DNA of 64,000 nucleotides, taken from the NCBI GenBank assembly GCA_008632985.1, contig QPGO01000002.1:186001-250000 (forward strand), read 5' to 3'. Source of the stretch: Psammoneis japonica (taxonomy: Eukaryota). Positions 1 to 12,499 of the stretch are shown here, piece after piece. The position numbers and the translations under genes are program-made. The notes under the pieces are model-generated. The model did no database searches. It saw only the letters and a list, made by a program, of their open reading frames with translations, and was not told the origin of the DNA. How positions within the stretch are numbered: position 1 is the first letter of the stretch; the number at the start of each line of letters is the position of its first letter.

Positions 1-3000
1 CAATGATTGAAATTTTTTGACACGCGTGCTGATTGCATCCACAGATCTTCAACACACACAATTGCCAATTTTGTTTCTCAGTGGTCATTGAGCCACAAAC
101 AAACAAATCTTTTTTGTTTGTTTTGAGCTACCTGCGTGGCTCATTCTGTCCACATTTCAAACACTTGTCAAGAACAGTTTCTTTTTTTTTTCTTCCACAT
201 GTCCGATCTCTGCCTTTGTTTTAAGTTGCATGTGTGGCTCACATGAGTGTTCTCTCTGTGTGCTGCAGTTTGCTGGTTCATTCTGTTGTGGCAAAGGGAA
301 GTGAGCTTGGCAACATGTTTCTGAAAGGCGCACTTGAGCAAGCTTTGCACAGTGCGTCAGTTGACAAGACTTTTGAGACACAGCACCTTGTGACTTTGCT
401 CTTTGAAAAAGCTGTTCTCATCATTGCAGCAATGGTTTCCAGTGCTTGGAGCCTGGCAGAGAGAACTGCCTGTGCACTTGCCAAGCCCTGGATCAAGGGT
501 GGCACCAACTGTGCTTGTTGACTCTTGCTGTTGCTCATGCTCTCAACGTCCTTCTGTGCAGCAGATGCTTCCTGGACCATTGCACAGAGTGCTCAGTCTG
601 CATCATTGACAAACTGCACTTCAATCTGTGCATGCAAAATGATGAAAGTGGGTGTCCAACAGAAGGGTTCTGGCCAGCTGTTGTCATCTGACTGTTGCTG
701 GCAGCATTTTCTGCAGTTTGGCTCCAATCTTGGAATCATTGGCCACTTGAAAATGCCTCTTTACAGACAACATCAACAAATTGAGTGGTGCTCCAAACTG
801 GCATGTTCACAGGATCCGATGTCCAACTGCCTGTGGCTCCTCAGGAACTTGCAAGAATTTTTGACACCTGCCAAAACTGCCCCAGGATGGTCCCCTCAAG
901 TCACAGAGGGTGGTGTTTGGGCCACTGGTTGAAACTTTTGGATGAAAGGACATTGAGCCAATTTGGTTGTTGCAGATGATCATGACAAGCAAGCATTGCC
1001 ACACTTGCTTTTGTTTGTGCATGGAAAACACTGCCAAAGAAGAAAGAGCTTGTGCCTTTCCTTTCATCTTCATCAAACATGTCATCCAAGGCATGGGCAC
1101 CCACACAATGCACTCCACTTTGGACCTGAAAAGCATTTGCTGAAGTGTTGAATGCAAAAGAAACAAAGAAATTGAGTGAAAAGCTTGGATGATGATCAAA
1201 GGCATTGAATGAAGATGGCTTTCTTTGGGACACACACCTTGTGATCACAATGGTGTTCCAACATGCTCTCCAGGCATTTCTTGCACTTGGTGTTGAATGT
1301 TGCCACCACAGCAACCAATCCCATGGTCAACTTGAGTTCTGTTGTGTGCCTGCATTGTGGAAAGAAAAAGAATTGATTTCATGGGTTGTGGGCATTTTTG
1401 TCAAAAATCACAGCAATGGCCATGCGGACGTGGCCCAAAAGCACCATGTTGGGTCACCTGCTGTGTGGCTCATTTTGTCTTCATTTTGAATTTGTGTCAA
1501 GAAAAGCTTCATTTGTTTTTTTGCCTCCATTTGTCAGATCTCTGCTTTTGTTTTTTAGCCACCTGTGTGGCTCATTTTGTTCTCATTTTAAACCTCTCAA
1601 GAACAGCTTTGCTCATTTGTCTCCTTTTCCTTCCATTTTGTCAGCTCTCTGTCTTTGTTTTGCTCTGTCTCTGCTGCACCTGTCCTTTTTTCCTGCTGGA
1701 CGCTGCACAACTCATCCTCCGATCTGACACCCACCAACAACAATGGCATGCCCCTGTCACAATCCACTTTGTTGTCCAGGTCAGACATGCAACAATGACA
1801 AGCAACAACAACAAACATGCTCTCCAAAGACACCCTCATCTCCAGTGCTCTTCTTTCTCCATTTTGGCCCACACCCTGACAATGACTTTGGGAGAAGCAC
1901 ACCCCCAGTGCTGCAGGAAGAGAAGAGCACTGGGAACAGCAAAAAGAGCAGCTTAGATTTCAACTTGCCAAGGCATGGTCTTTGCATCTCATGAAGTGAG
2001 CAATGGTGCCACTGCTTGGAAAGCCACTGCCAGATGACAGAGGCAACTGGAAAGATTGTCTCATCTTCTTCCCTGTTGCCATTGCCTCAAATGAAGACAA
2101 TGGCCAGAGTTTGTCAGCCACACATCCTCAGCTCCAAGGGGTTTGTTCTGGTGTTGAGTTTGATGACATGTGTTGGGGACTCCAATTGGAGCAACAGGCT
2201 TGCCGGGTGGATGGCGCATGATGCACAGGCCAAAAACACTTGAGAAGATAAAATGGAGCAAACGGTGGTGCCCCCATGTCCCAGCAAACATTTTCCAAAT
2301 GCCAAGCCAGATCATTGTCATCACCACAAATGCACATTGGCTTGAGTTGCTGCTGCCTGCATGATGCTCACCACCCCAAATGCATTCAGTCTGCATTTGT
2401 TGAGTGGGTTGGCCCAGCTGTGGTGACTTTGCACTTTTGATTTGGGAAGCTGCCAGCCTTGTCTTGGGCAGCAGAAGCCCCTTGCATGATTCCTCCGCAA
2501 ACAAGAAGATGCCCAGCTGCACAAGGTGTGGAAGCATGAGGCCCACAGATGCAGCAAAGGAGATGTGCAGTTGTCTCACGATGGCATTGGAGGACTCCAG
2601 TGGGTCACCAGGGACACTCCAGCAGCCTTGGTTGGGGAGCAAATGCCTTGTCTTGTGTCAATGCAGCACCTTGTCTCTGTGACATGACTGGCTTTGGCCC
2701 ACAGCCAGAGCCAGCCTGTGAGGGCTGGAAAACCATCTGTGCAACTGCACAAGTGCTCCGTTGTCTTGGGATGGCATTGGATGACTCCATTGGGTCTCAG
2801 AAGATGCAATGACAACAATGGTTGGGAAGCAAAGGCCTTGTCTTGTGTCAACACAGCACCCTGTCTCTTTGACATGACTGGGTTCTTTGGCCCAGCCACT
2901 CCACCTGCAAGGACAAAAAAAACATCTGCGCAACAGCGCAAGTGCTTGGTCATTTTGGGATGGCTTTGGTGACTCCATTGGGTCCCTGAGGAGCCAACAA

Positions 3001-6000
3001 CAACAATGGTTGGGAAGCAAAGGCCTTGTCTTGTGTCAATGCAGACCTTTGTCTCTCTGGCATGACTGGGTTTGGCTTTGGTGCCACCCCACCTTCAGAG
3101 ACAAGAAAAACATCTGTGTGCTCAGTTGTCTTGGGATGGCTTTTGGTGACTCCATTGGATCTTAGAGGATGCAACAACAACAATGGCTGGGAAGCAAAGG
3201 CCATGTCTTGTGTCAGTGCAGCACCTTGTCCCTCTGACATCATGGCTGGGTTTGTTGGCTCAGCCAAGAACCAACTTGCAAGAAAGACAAGGGAGCCATC
3301 TGTGTGACAGCACAAGCTCTCAGCTGTGTTGAGATGGGCACAAGAGACTCCATTGGGTTCCCTGAGGAGGCAAGAACAACAATGGTTGGGAAGGAAAAGC
3401 CTGATCTTGGGCCAATGCAGCCACTTTTGTTTCTGATGTGATTGGCTTGCTTTGGCCCAGCCACCCACCTGCAGAGACAAGGGAGCTTTCTACACCCATG
3501 TTGCAGCACAAGTGCCCAGTTGTCTTTGGATGGCATTGGGTGCCTCCATTGTGTCCCAGGGGAGCCAACAACATCCAGCGCAGGGAGTCAGTGAATGGAA
3601 ATTCATGGTGTGGTTCCCTGTCTCTTGTTTTTGTGAAAAACCAAGAGAGAACAGAAGAGAATGACCCGCCATCAAGTTGCCCACTTTCTTTTGTGGAGGT
3701 CACTTCTGTGACACACTGGAGTCATTGTGACTCCAAAATTGTCACTTCACTGGCATGAAGGGTCTCCTGTTTCTGAGCTTTCTGGAAGAGGCGATTGTCT
3801 TTTGTTGGCAGCAGCATCACACCAAATGGCAAAAAGGTGTTGATTGAATGAAGTCCAGGAGCTGGGAGTGTGCAGTTTGAGTGTGAAAATTTCAAGAACA
3901 ACAAGAGCGCATCAATGTGACAAAAACAAACTTGTTGATTGCACGTGTGTGACATTGATGAGTGAATGATTCATTTGGGTTGTTTCAAACCATTCAAACC
4001 ATCATCATGTTGCAATGAAATCTTTGATTTTTAGAACAAAGTTGTTGCTGAAGAAGAGATGCTGATGGGAATCAACTGATGGTCAGGCTCACATTTTGGC
4101 CAAAAACACGAACTGTGGCTCCCTCACAAGAGACACGAAAAAATGCAAACTCAATGTCTGACAATGAGAGCAGTGGGGACAGGCAACAGCTGCTGGCAGG
4201 CTGAGGAACAGGAGCAAAATGCATGGAGATGGGCAATGATGGCCGACAGGGGCACACAATGAGCTGCAAAGAGGCAAGGAAGGCAGGTGGCAGAGAGGAT
4301 GAGGGTCTTAAGAAACACAAGACATGCACAAAACCTGGTCATTGGCACAAAGTTTCTCTTGTTGCGGGTGATGGTTTGGCCTGCCAAACAAAGAAGTTCA
4401 AGACAGATGTCATTGTGGAACAATGTTGTTGCCTGGTGTGGACAATCACGGAGAGAGCAAGAGTGGCTGCAAGGGAGGACACAAGGACTGAAACATCACA
4501 CCCATCATGTGGGGACTGCAAAGTGCTGCAGGAGCTGGTGGAGTGCAGGAGATGAACAAAAACAGGAAAAAAGGAGCATTGTTTGGTGCGCAGTGCAGAA
4601 ATGACAAAACAGACAAGTCAGACAATGAGCAGCACACAGCCAACGTGCGGTTGGGTTGACAAGACAATTGAACATCATTGTCAGAAAGTTGTTGCAAACA
4701 CGCGGTTGTTGAGACAGAAACAAGTGCAAGTGATGAGGTGGCAGGGTGATGGATTGGCCGCAGATCTGCTCAGTGCCATTTGGGCCGCAAGCAGCCAAAT
4801 CTTCCAGCATTGGATGCAGTTGAAAATTCACAGCAATGTCTGTCAATCTGTGGCATCCAAAGATTTGACTCTTGCTGTGCATTTGGCAGCAGCAACGCAA
4901 AGTTTGTCGTTGTTGACAACATGCCGGTGTGGCAGCAATGCCAAGGTTCATGTTGGGATTGCAGCTGCACAAAGCATGCATGCTTTTTGTGCTTTAAAAT
5001 CTTGATTTTCCCACACCCACGTGTTCTGCACAATTGCCACATTCAAACAAAATTTTCAATTGCAAAGAACACCAAAACAAATGACAAAGCTCTTCCGTTC
5101 AAACAAGTGCAAACAAATGCGAGCTGTTTTGACTGTGGAAGTTTTGTCCAATTGCGTTGCAAGCCCCAGGACAGCTTGGGGACAACTGCAAAGAGATTTG
5201 TGCCTCGTGCAAACTGGGGCGACATGTCTGAACAGACCAGGGCACCAACAGGGTGCAAAAAAGTTGTGGACAGATGCGCGCATGCTGGGGATGTGTGTGG
5301 AAACCATGGAAGAGCAACTTTTGGCAACAATTTCTAAAATTTCCATCCCATTGAAAGTTTTGCATCGTGCATGGGTTTTGTCAGCAGGGGTGTGCACATC
5401 ATCAATTCATCCGTGTCTAAAGTGGCAAATGTCTGTGGGTCAACATGTGTTGAGCTGAGTCACTCTTCTAAAGTTGCTGACAAAGAGAAATGCCAACATT
5501 TTGTGCTGAAACCATGCAACAATTTTGCACCGAGAAATGTGTGATCAAATGCAAAAATGATGATCATGAAACTTGCAGCTGCACTTGAGTTGAATGGGAA
5601 AAATGCTGGGACAATTTTTTTTGTCCAGCTGGCATGGAAAAAGTCAAATGTGTGGAGCTTGACAACTGGTCAAGGTGTTTTCTGGTTCTCAGTGAGCTGG
5701 TGCTTTGATGAACTTCAGATTGACAGCAGCAGCAATGGAGGAGAGCAACAGATTGAAGATGTTGAGCACATGTGAGATGAATCATGGGTTGCAGTGGCCA
5801 CAAGGCATCTGACAAACTCTCCACATGTGCGCTCCAGTGCAAACTCACAACACCCTCCACGTGCGCAGTCCTGTGCAAACTCACAAAACCCTCCCCCATT
5901 GCAGCCGGCCAATTTTGCTTTTCAGATCAACTGGGGACCTGCCAACTGCAATGCCCCAAGAATGAGAAGACCCCTTGCAGACTGCAAATCCATGTGAAGT

Positions 6001-7810
6001 GTTGCCACAGAGTCCAGATGCAAGAGAGAGTGGGGATGGCCACTTGTCGTCACTTCCTTGCATTTCATTTTGGTGTGGCATTTTTCATTTCATTTTTTCT
6101 GGAGATTGAAAGACATGCTGAGAAATGCTGGATCTGAGTGAATGCAGCCCAGCTCAACAGCCACAGCACCCCCTTTTGTGCTTGGACCTTCCCACACCCA
6201 GTTGACATGGCAGGTCAAGCCTCATCTGACATGCCACAGTGAGCCAAAGAGGCCAAACTTGTGCATTCTTACAAGCAACACATTCCAGCCCTGGGCTGGA
6301 CTCGTGTGGCACTGGGCTCACAGAATTCCATGTGCAAGCACATCTTCAAAATCAAATGAACGACCAAGTTTGTGGTGCAATTTTGTGTCTCTTGATGCTT
6401 GCATTTTTGAAAATCTGGCTGCCTGCCATTCTCAAGACATTTGAGAATGGCGCAGAAGAAAAAATGTCAAAAGGTGTTGAATGGATCACCCAACAATTGC
6501 GCTACAAAATGACACAAAAATTCCACCAAGGCAGTGCGAGGTTCCACCCGGAGCCATTTGTTGAGAAAGACAAGCAACTGGGCAAGCCGCCATCACACAG
6601 CTGTCTTTCCAGCATGGCAAATGCTTGTTCAGCACAGCAGATGAGAGTGGTGTCCTCTGCAGAAAACCACCAATTTGAAGGATGTTCTTCTCTTCCAAGC
6701 ACTGTTGTGGATGCCACGGAAGGTGTGCAAAGCAATGCACACAATGGGAAAAGTGATGCACAGGAACCAGAAAAATTCAAGTCTGAAGCACAAAAAACAT
6801 GCCAGGATCTGCATCAGATCCAACACAGAAAAGGATTGAGCTCACACAAATTTTGTGCCTGTCCAACATGTGTCACTTTCATGTTGCATTTCACATGCAC
6901 AATTTGTCACAGCCTCAGCAGAAAACACTTGTCAATGGAAAAACTTGTGACCTGGAAAAGCCAGCATTGTTTGACACAGATTTGACAAAATTGCAGCAAT
7001 CTCCAGCTCAGTGACACCACGTGTTTGACACAAAGAAAGACACACCAGTTTTTGCTGAGACAGAGCAAGAACAACAACATCAATTTCTGCATGTGTGCGA
7101 GCATCAGCAGCGCTGTTGACACATTTGTCATTTCACTGAAGCAAACCTCCCAACAGGACAGGTTCTCTTTCAGGAATTGACCAACGCGCTCATTGAGTGC
7201 ACAGGTCTGACTGGTCTCCTTCTTTGAATGATGATGACACAGCTCGTCAAAAGAAGCCAGGGCTCTGTGGGTGTCAGGCATTGCTTTGCCAAAAGCAGCT
7301 GCATTGTGGGACAACTCTGGAAAAGCACATCCACATGTTCTTTCCCCAGGGTTTTGTTCATCATGTTTCAAAGCCAGAGGGGCAAGCTGAGAAGCACAAG
7401 CAGACGGGTCTTGCTCAGCTCACCATTTTGGGTCCATGTGCCCAATCTTCCAAGTGGAGACTGGCAGTGGGAATGAAGAAGGCTGCAAGCAAATTTGAAG
7501 TCCACCAGGGACTCATGTTTGCTTTGTGTGTTTCTTGATGTTTTTGACAGTGACACTCTTGTCAAAGATGAAAGATGTCGTTGTGAGCACGTTGATGAAA
7601 GTGGCTTCAAACTTGTGGGAGCATCAAGACACCTTGTCCATGGTGTGGTGGCAACAAAAGCACAGTGTGGCAGGAAATTTGTGGAGCCGGTTGTGCCAAG
7701 GAGATGCCTGGGCAAAGAGACCTCGGCTGGTGCGAGTGCTCAGCAAAGACATGATTTCGGGTCTTTCCCATGCCGACGCTGCCCCATGGCTGGAAGCCAC
7801 AGGAGCTCAA
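1..7810. mobile_element. Degenerate repeat/transposon-derived block, CpG- and TpA-depleted (family not identifiable)
   Basis: TG/CA-saturated sequence; overlapping short ORFs in all frames rich in C/H/Q and almost without Tyr; internal repeats (about 130-250 vs 1455-1620; 2560-3560). Confidence 0.6.
2560..3560. repeat. Diverged tandem repeat, unit about 175-200 bp, about 6 copies
   Basis: Recurring ATGGCATTGG..GACTCCATTGGGT..ACAATGGTTGGGAAGCAAAGGCCTTGTCTTGTGTCA near 2581, 2771, 2960, 3135, 3333, 3529. Confidence 0.85.
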
Positions 7811-7811
7811 C

Positions 7812-8209
7812 TGACGCGTTCCAGACGTAGGTGGGAATCCGTGTGACATTGGGCCCGTAGACTTCTACGTGCGAGCTCCGTAGTAAAATTATACGGTAAT
7901 TAAAATGTCAATGATCGCCAACAGAAAATGAGGCAATTTTGCGAACGCACAAACTCGCCCATGATTGAAGTACATCATTTTTTACTTAGCCAGTTACATT
8001 CTTCAGACATTGAAGAATGTAACTGGCCTGTTATTGTTTCTATAAATTTGTTATATAAAACGTCTGGGGCTTCGCAAGACAGCGAGTCTGGACAATTTTT
8101 TTTTAACATCACACGTAGAAATGTACGTGCAAAATATACGACGGATGATAAAAATGATTTGTGTCACACGTCAGTACTACGAGCTCCCACCTAGGGCTGG
8201 AACGCGTCA
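7812..8209. repeat. Inverted-repeat-bounded AT-rich island (MITE-like, or abutting ends of two elements)
   Basis: 7812-7836 TGACGCGTTCCAGACGTAGGTGGGA is the reverse complement of 8185-8209 at 23/25; further inner inverted motif pairs. Confidence 0.6.
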
Positions 8210-8699
8210 ACTCCACAACACCAAACCAGAGCACCACAAAGCATTGCCTGTCATGGTCCAAATTCTCAGGAACAGGAGGCATCTTTTCCACAAGTAAAAA
8301 TTGGCATCACGAATGAATTGTCATTGTTGTCAACGAATGTCATTTGCAGCATGTTCGAAGCCAAGAAGGCGCGATGTGAGTGGCTTTTTTTTAAATTGCC
8401 TCGGAAGGCAAAAAGCGATGCACAATGGGAGGCATCTTTTCCACATCGTTCAGTCTTGGCACCAGAACCCGGGACTGAATCCCTGGTTTTTGAAATGTGG
8501 GTTTGAACCCCAAAATGAAAACACGGGATTGAAACCCGGGTTTTCATTCACACAGCTTGCAGTGCTTTTTCTGCGTAATTTTGCCATTTCTTAGAACCCA
8601 ACGTGACTTGGCTTCCCAGTTCTTGTGGAAAACAGATCACTTGATCCACTGCATGGCTGCTGCTGCTTGCAATGTTGAACAAAGAATTTGACATTTTAT

Positions 8700-10500
8700 G
8701 TGGTGTTGCTGTCCTGCTGTTCAATGAGACTTTTGATGTGATTTTTGCATTCTGTCTCTTCACCAGATTGATGGTGGTGTCCAATCAGTCTTGCGTTTGT
8801 TTGAAAACAGCTGAGTGTCTTCCCTGCCAAGCCCATGCAACAGTGCATCATGACAGTCAAGGAAACAGGTCTTCTTGCCGTTTGCGCCTGGTTGGCAGGG
8901 AAGTGCAATGGTTTCCCACAGGTTGCAACTCGAGTGCGAGTCCACCCCGCACCAAACACAGACCCTTGGATGCTTGTGGCTGGTGGACACCACATCAAAG
9001 TGACAACGCAAGTGTGCAGACGAGATTCATTTCCACCCTGCTGAGCATGTTGGCATTGTTCCAATGTCACAAAATTGCGAGTCATTGTCGTTTGTTCCGA
9101 AGCCGCTCTTCGTTGATGGTTTTGTTGTGCTGCAACCCGCATCACAGAGTCACCATGGCACAAACGTGCTTCAGGTGATGCTGCAGCATCTGTCTTGAGA
9201 GTTGTTCTCGGAACTCCCAGTGACCCGTTGGACTGTTGTCTTTCCAAGACAAGTCCAACCCGCCCTCCGCCACTTCCAAATGCATGTCATGCGCAATGAC
9301 GACAGCCATGGCCTTGCCGTGGTTCATGCAGAATGCCAATGCTTCCAAGAGCAATGGAACATCTTTGCATTTTTGATGTGATGATCCATTGAATCAATTC
9401 GTGAGCAAGTTGAAAGATGCAGATCACGGGCTTCATGTCATCTCGATTGCCCAGTGTCGCTTGCTCTCATTTCTGCCTCTTTCCTGACGCCTCGCACATT
9501 TGTTGCACTCATTGGGGGCATTCACAGCAGCAATGTTGCACGACGAGGTTGACTAAAATGAGCAAAGCACATGCTGGCATCCCTCAGTGCTGCATGTGGG
9601 TGCCACAGTCTTGACAGCAACACCGGATGATCAAACCTTGCTGCTTTCGATCTTGCATTGGATGGCGTTTGTTTTTTCTGAAAGTGCTTCCCTGGCACAC
9701 CTGAAGGCAGCCGATCCCTTCAACGTGCAAATGTGGCCAAGTGGCCATTTCTCCAATCCAGTCTGAACTGCAGTCATCATCAAAGCAGTTGTCACATGTT
9801 GTGTGTGGCTTTCCTTGGAATGTCTTCTTGGGTCCGGCGTCGTCACCCATTCTGCCAAAATCCGCCATTTGCCTGCTTGTTCCAAGATCATGCAGATTTC
9901 CATCGGGCCCATGGCACCCCATCCATCTGTCCTTGGGTGCAATTTGTGTCGGCGAACATGAGCCCGAGGTCGGATCCGGTGTGCATCTGACGCGATCGCT
10001 GTCTGACCGCCCTTGGTGATGCCGGGCTTTCCAACTGTGCGACCGTCAATCCCGCTGCCAGCTTCCCACAACCCGCATGGCCCCAGGTGGTTTTGTCACC
10101 ACATTGATCCAATTCTGCATGGTGTGTCATCGCATTGACATTGTGAGCTGTTGTTGCGTGTGTCATGTCACACTTGCAGGCCGGGTTGCACCCAGCTTCT
10201 CCTCTTCTGGGGGATGTCATGTTGTTGCACAGCTTCAGCACTCGCTTTGTTTGAAGCCAAAGTGAATGATTGATTGACGAGGATGTGTCTGAGTCGCAGT
10301 GGATCCACCAGCCATCCACCTGCGGTGAATGGCTCCGTCGCTGCCACCCTTGACGCCGTCTTGGACAGTTGCTCCATCAAATCTGAAAAGCTCTGGATGC
10401 TCACAAGTTTGAACTGGTGTCCATGCAAAGAGCACAGCTTCAACTCTCCCGCGGCGTGCAAGTTTGAATCTGTTTCTACTTCGCTGTAGAACGACTTTCT
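8700..10500 (-). mobile_element. Degenerate piggyBac-like DDE transposase
   Basis: Frameshifted minus-strand fragments ELDQCGDKTTWGH, KPGITKGGQ..SDAHRIRPRAHVRRHKLH, KPHTTCDNCF, NHGKAMAVVIAHDMHLEVAEG, WEFREQLSRQML and a Cys-rich C-terminus resemble piggyBac-type transposases (recognised from memory, no search run). Confidence 0.7.
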
Positions 10501-10791
10501 GGGGTCTGAGTTGACACCCGACCGTGTGGTTCACACATTGGCAGAATCAATTGACAGAAAAACAAAGCATCCCGATTTTTCATCCGTTGTTTGAAGGGTA
10601 AACAGTCATTGACATCCCGACTAAAACCTCTGAGNTAATCATCAATGATTATTGGATCTTTCCGTTGAACGGCTGACGGCTACGGTGGTGGAAAAGCCTN
10701 GGACTGAATCCAGGGTTTTTCGGGCGCCCAGACATGAAACTTGGTAACGAATGATGTAAGTAAAATTGCGTGATGGAATGGCACTTTCAAA

Positions 10792-11057
10792 NNNNNNNNN
10801 NNNNNNNNNNNNNNNNNNNNNNNNNNNNNNNNNNNNNNNNNNNNNNNNNNNNNNNNNNNNNNNNNNNNNNNNNNNNNNNNNNNNNNNNNNNNNNNNNNNN
10901 NNNNNNNNNNNNNNNNNNNNNNNNNNNNNNNNNNNNNNNNNNNNNNNNNNNNNNNNNNNNNNNNNNNNNNNNNNNNNNNNNNNNNNNNNNNNNNNNNNNN
11001 NNNNNNNNNNNNNNNNNNNNNNNNNNNNNNNNNNNNNNNNNNNNNNNNNNNNNNNNN
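10792..11057. other. Assembly gap (N run)
   Basis: Continuous Ns. Confidence 1.
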
Positions 11058-12499
11058 CTGAAATCACGTAGAGGTTTTGGCCGCGGTGGGACTGTTGTTT
11101 TTCACTTTTTTTGGGGTGTATTTTGTGTTTTCTCGGTCGATCGCATTGATGAAGCACTGAAGTGAGCACGCGACAACAGATTTTGACGAAAAGTTGGATT
11201 TTCATTCATTATGGAGGATTAGCACGGGGTTTTTAACACGGTGAAGCACGGGGGGACGATTTTTTCACCAGATTTGCAAGATCCTGTATCCCATCCAATT
11301 CGCATGCGTAATATTAGTGGATTGATGTATTTTTTATACGCAAGAAGCGCAATAACGTCGATATACCCGACATGATAGACTTCCCGTGCTGTTGTCGTAA
11401 TGAAGTGAAATCTTGTTGTGTTCGGTGCGTAGAGTCTAGTACTATTTGTCCGTATGTAGACGAGTACTGCGCACCGCACTTTTGGAAAGTACGCCACTCC
11501 ATTGAAAAACGCAGGCCAGCGCAAAGATTTGGCCACATCAGGATTCGTCGTCTCGTGATCTTCTGCACGACGTTTTTCGTCTCACTTCTTCTGCATCGAC
11601 CGCCCTCTCTGCACGTTAGTAAGGTTGCGGCGCTCTGCAAGACAAGAAGAAGTGCTAACCCCTTCTAACGATGCCAAACTGGCTGAGTTATACCTTCTTC
11701 CTTCTCATGTAGGTTCAAGCTTCTTACAATTGCTGGCACTGACGAGTGTCTCGGTAGGACGACCGCCTGTTGCGGGTGATGCACAGAGAGTGTCCCATTC
11801 TCTGCACCCTCAGGAAACCCCACTCGAGACGAAACTCGATGTTAACAACTAAAACGGCGAGGTTAGGAAAGCACCTCGATAAAAAGACAAGCCCAGAACC
11901 TTGGCTGGGCGCCAAGCAAACAACAGGCCCCCTTGGTTAGGAAAGCACCAAGTTAAGAAAGCCCCTAGTTTTTCATGTTAATCGTAAAAAAACATTGAAC
12001 ATGGCTGTTGTAAGAGCTGACGGGCTAATAACAACCTGCACGCCCCCCCCCCCCCAAGGGTACCACAGGCAGCAGCACTCCTTCTTGTTGACGACCGTGC
12101 CGTGGTGAGGGAGCATGAGTCATCAGACCGCAAATCTGATGGGGACTAGCAGTCAACACATCTTGTTTTAGTTTAGTTTAGTTAAATATTTGTTCCATGC
12201 GCATTTCAACGGATGGCGAGATCACGTTAATCTCGTGATTCGCTGAAGACTTTTCCTCGTTACGTGTAGCAATTTTCGCTTCCAATGAATTCACGGTCCC
12301 AAGGGCCTCATTCTTTTCAGCTATAGTCAAAAGTTGCAAGCGCCCTTTGAGCCAATTGCGTACCTACATATAGCAGTCTCTTTTGGAGTTAGAAAGCTCC
12401 TCGGGGTGTTTCCTTTGACTGTTCGGCATTGCGAGATTGATTGCAGATATATAGACAGGTGTTGTGTATAAGTTGAGAAGTACAACATAGACGTCATTT

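Noticed and set aside
1..7800. Dozens of overlapping 60-250 aa ORFs here and in the other depleted blocks
   Set aside because: By-product of TAA/TAG scarcity; Cys/His/Gln-rich, Tyr-free, no recognisable domains.
10642..11205. ORFs spanning the N gap
   Set aside because: Artefacts of translating Ns.
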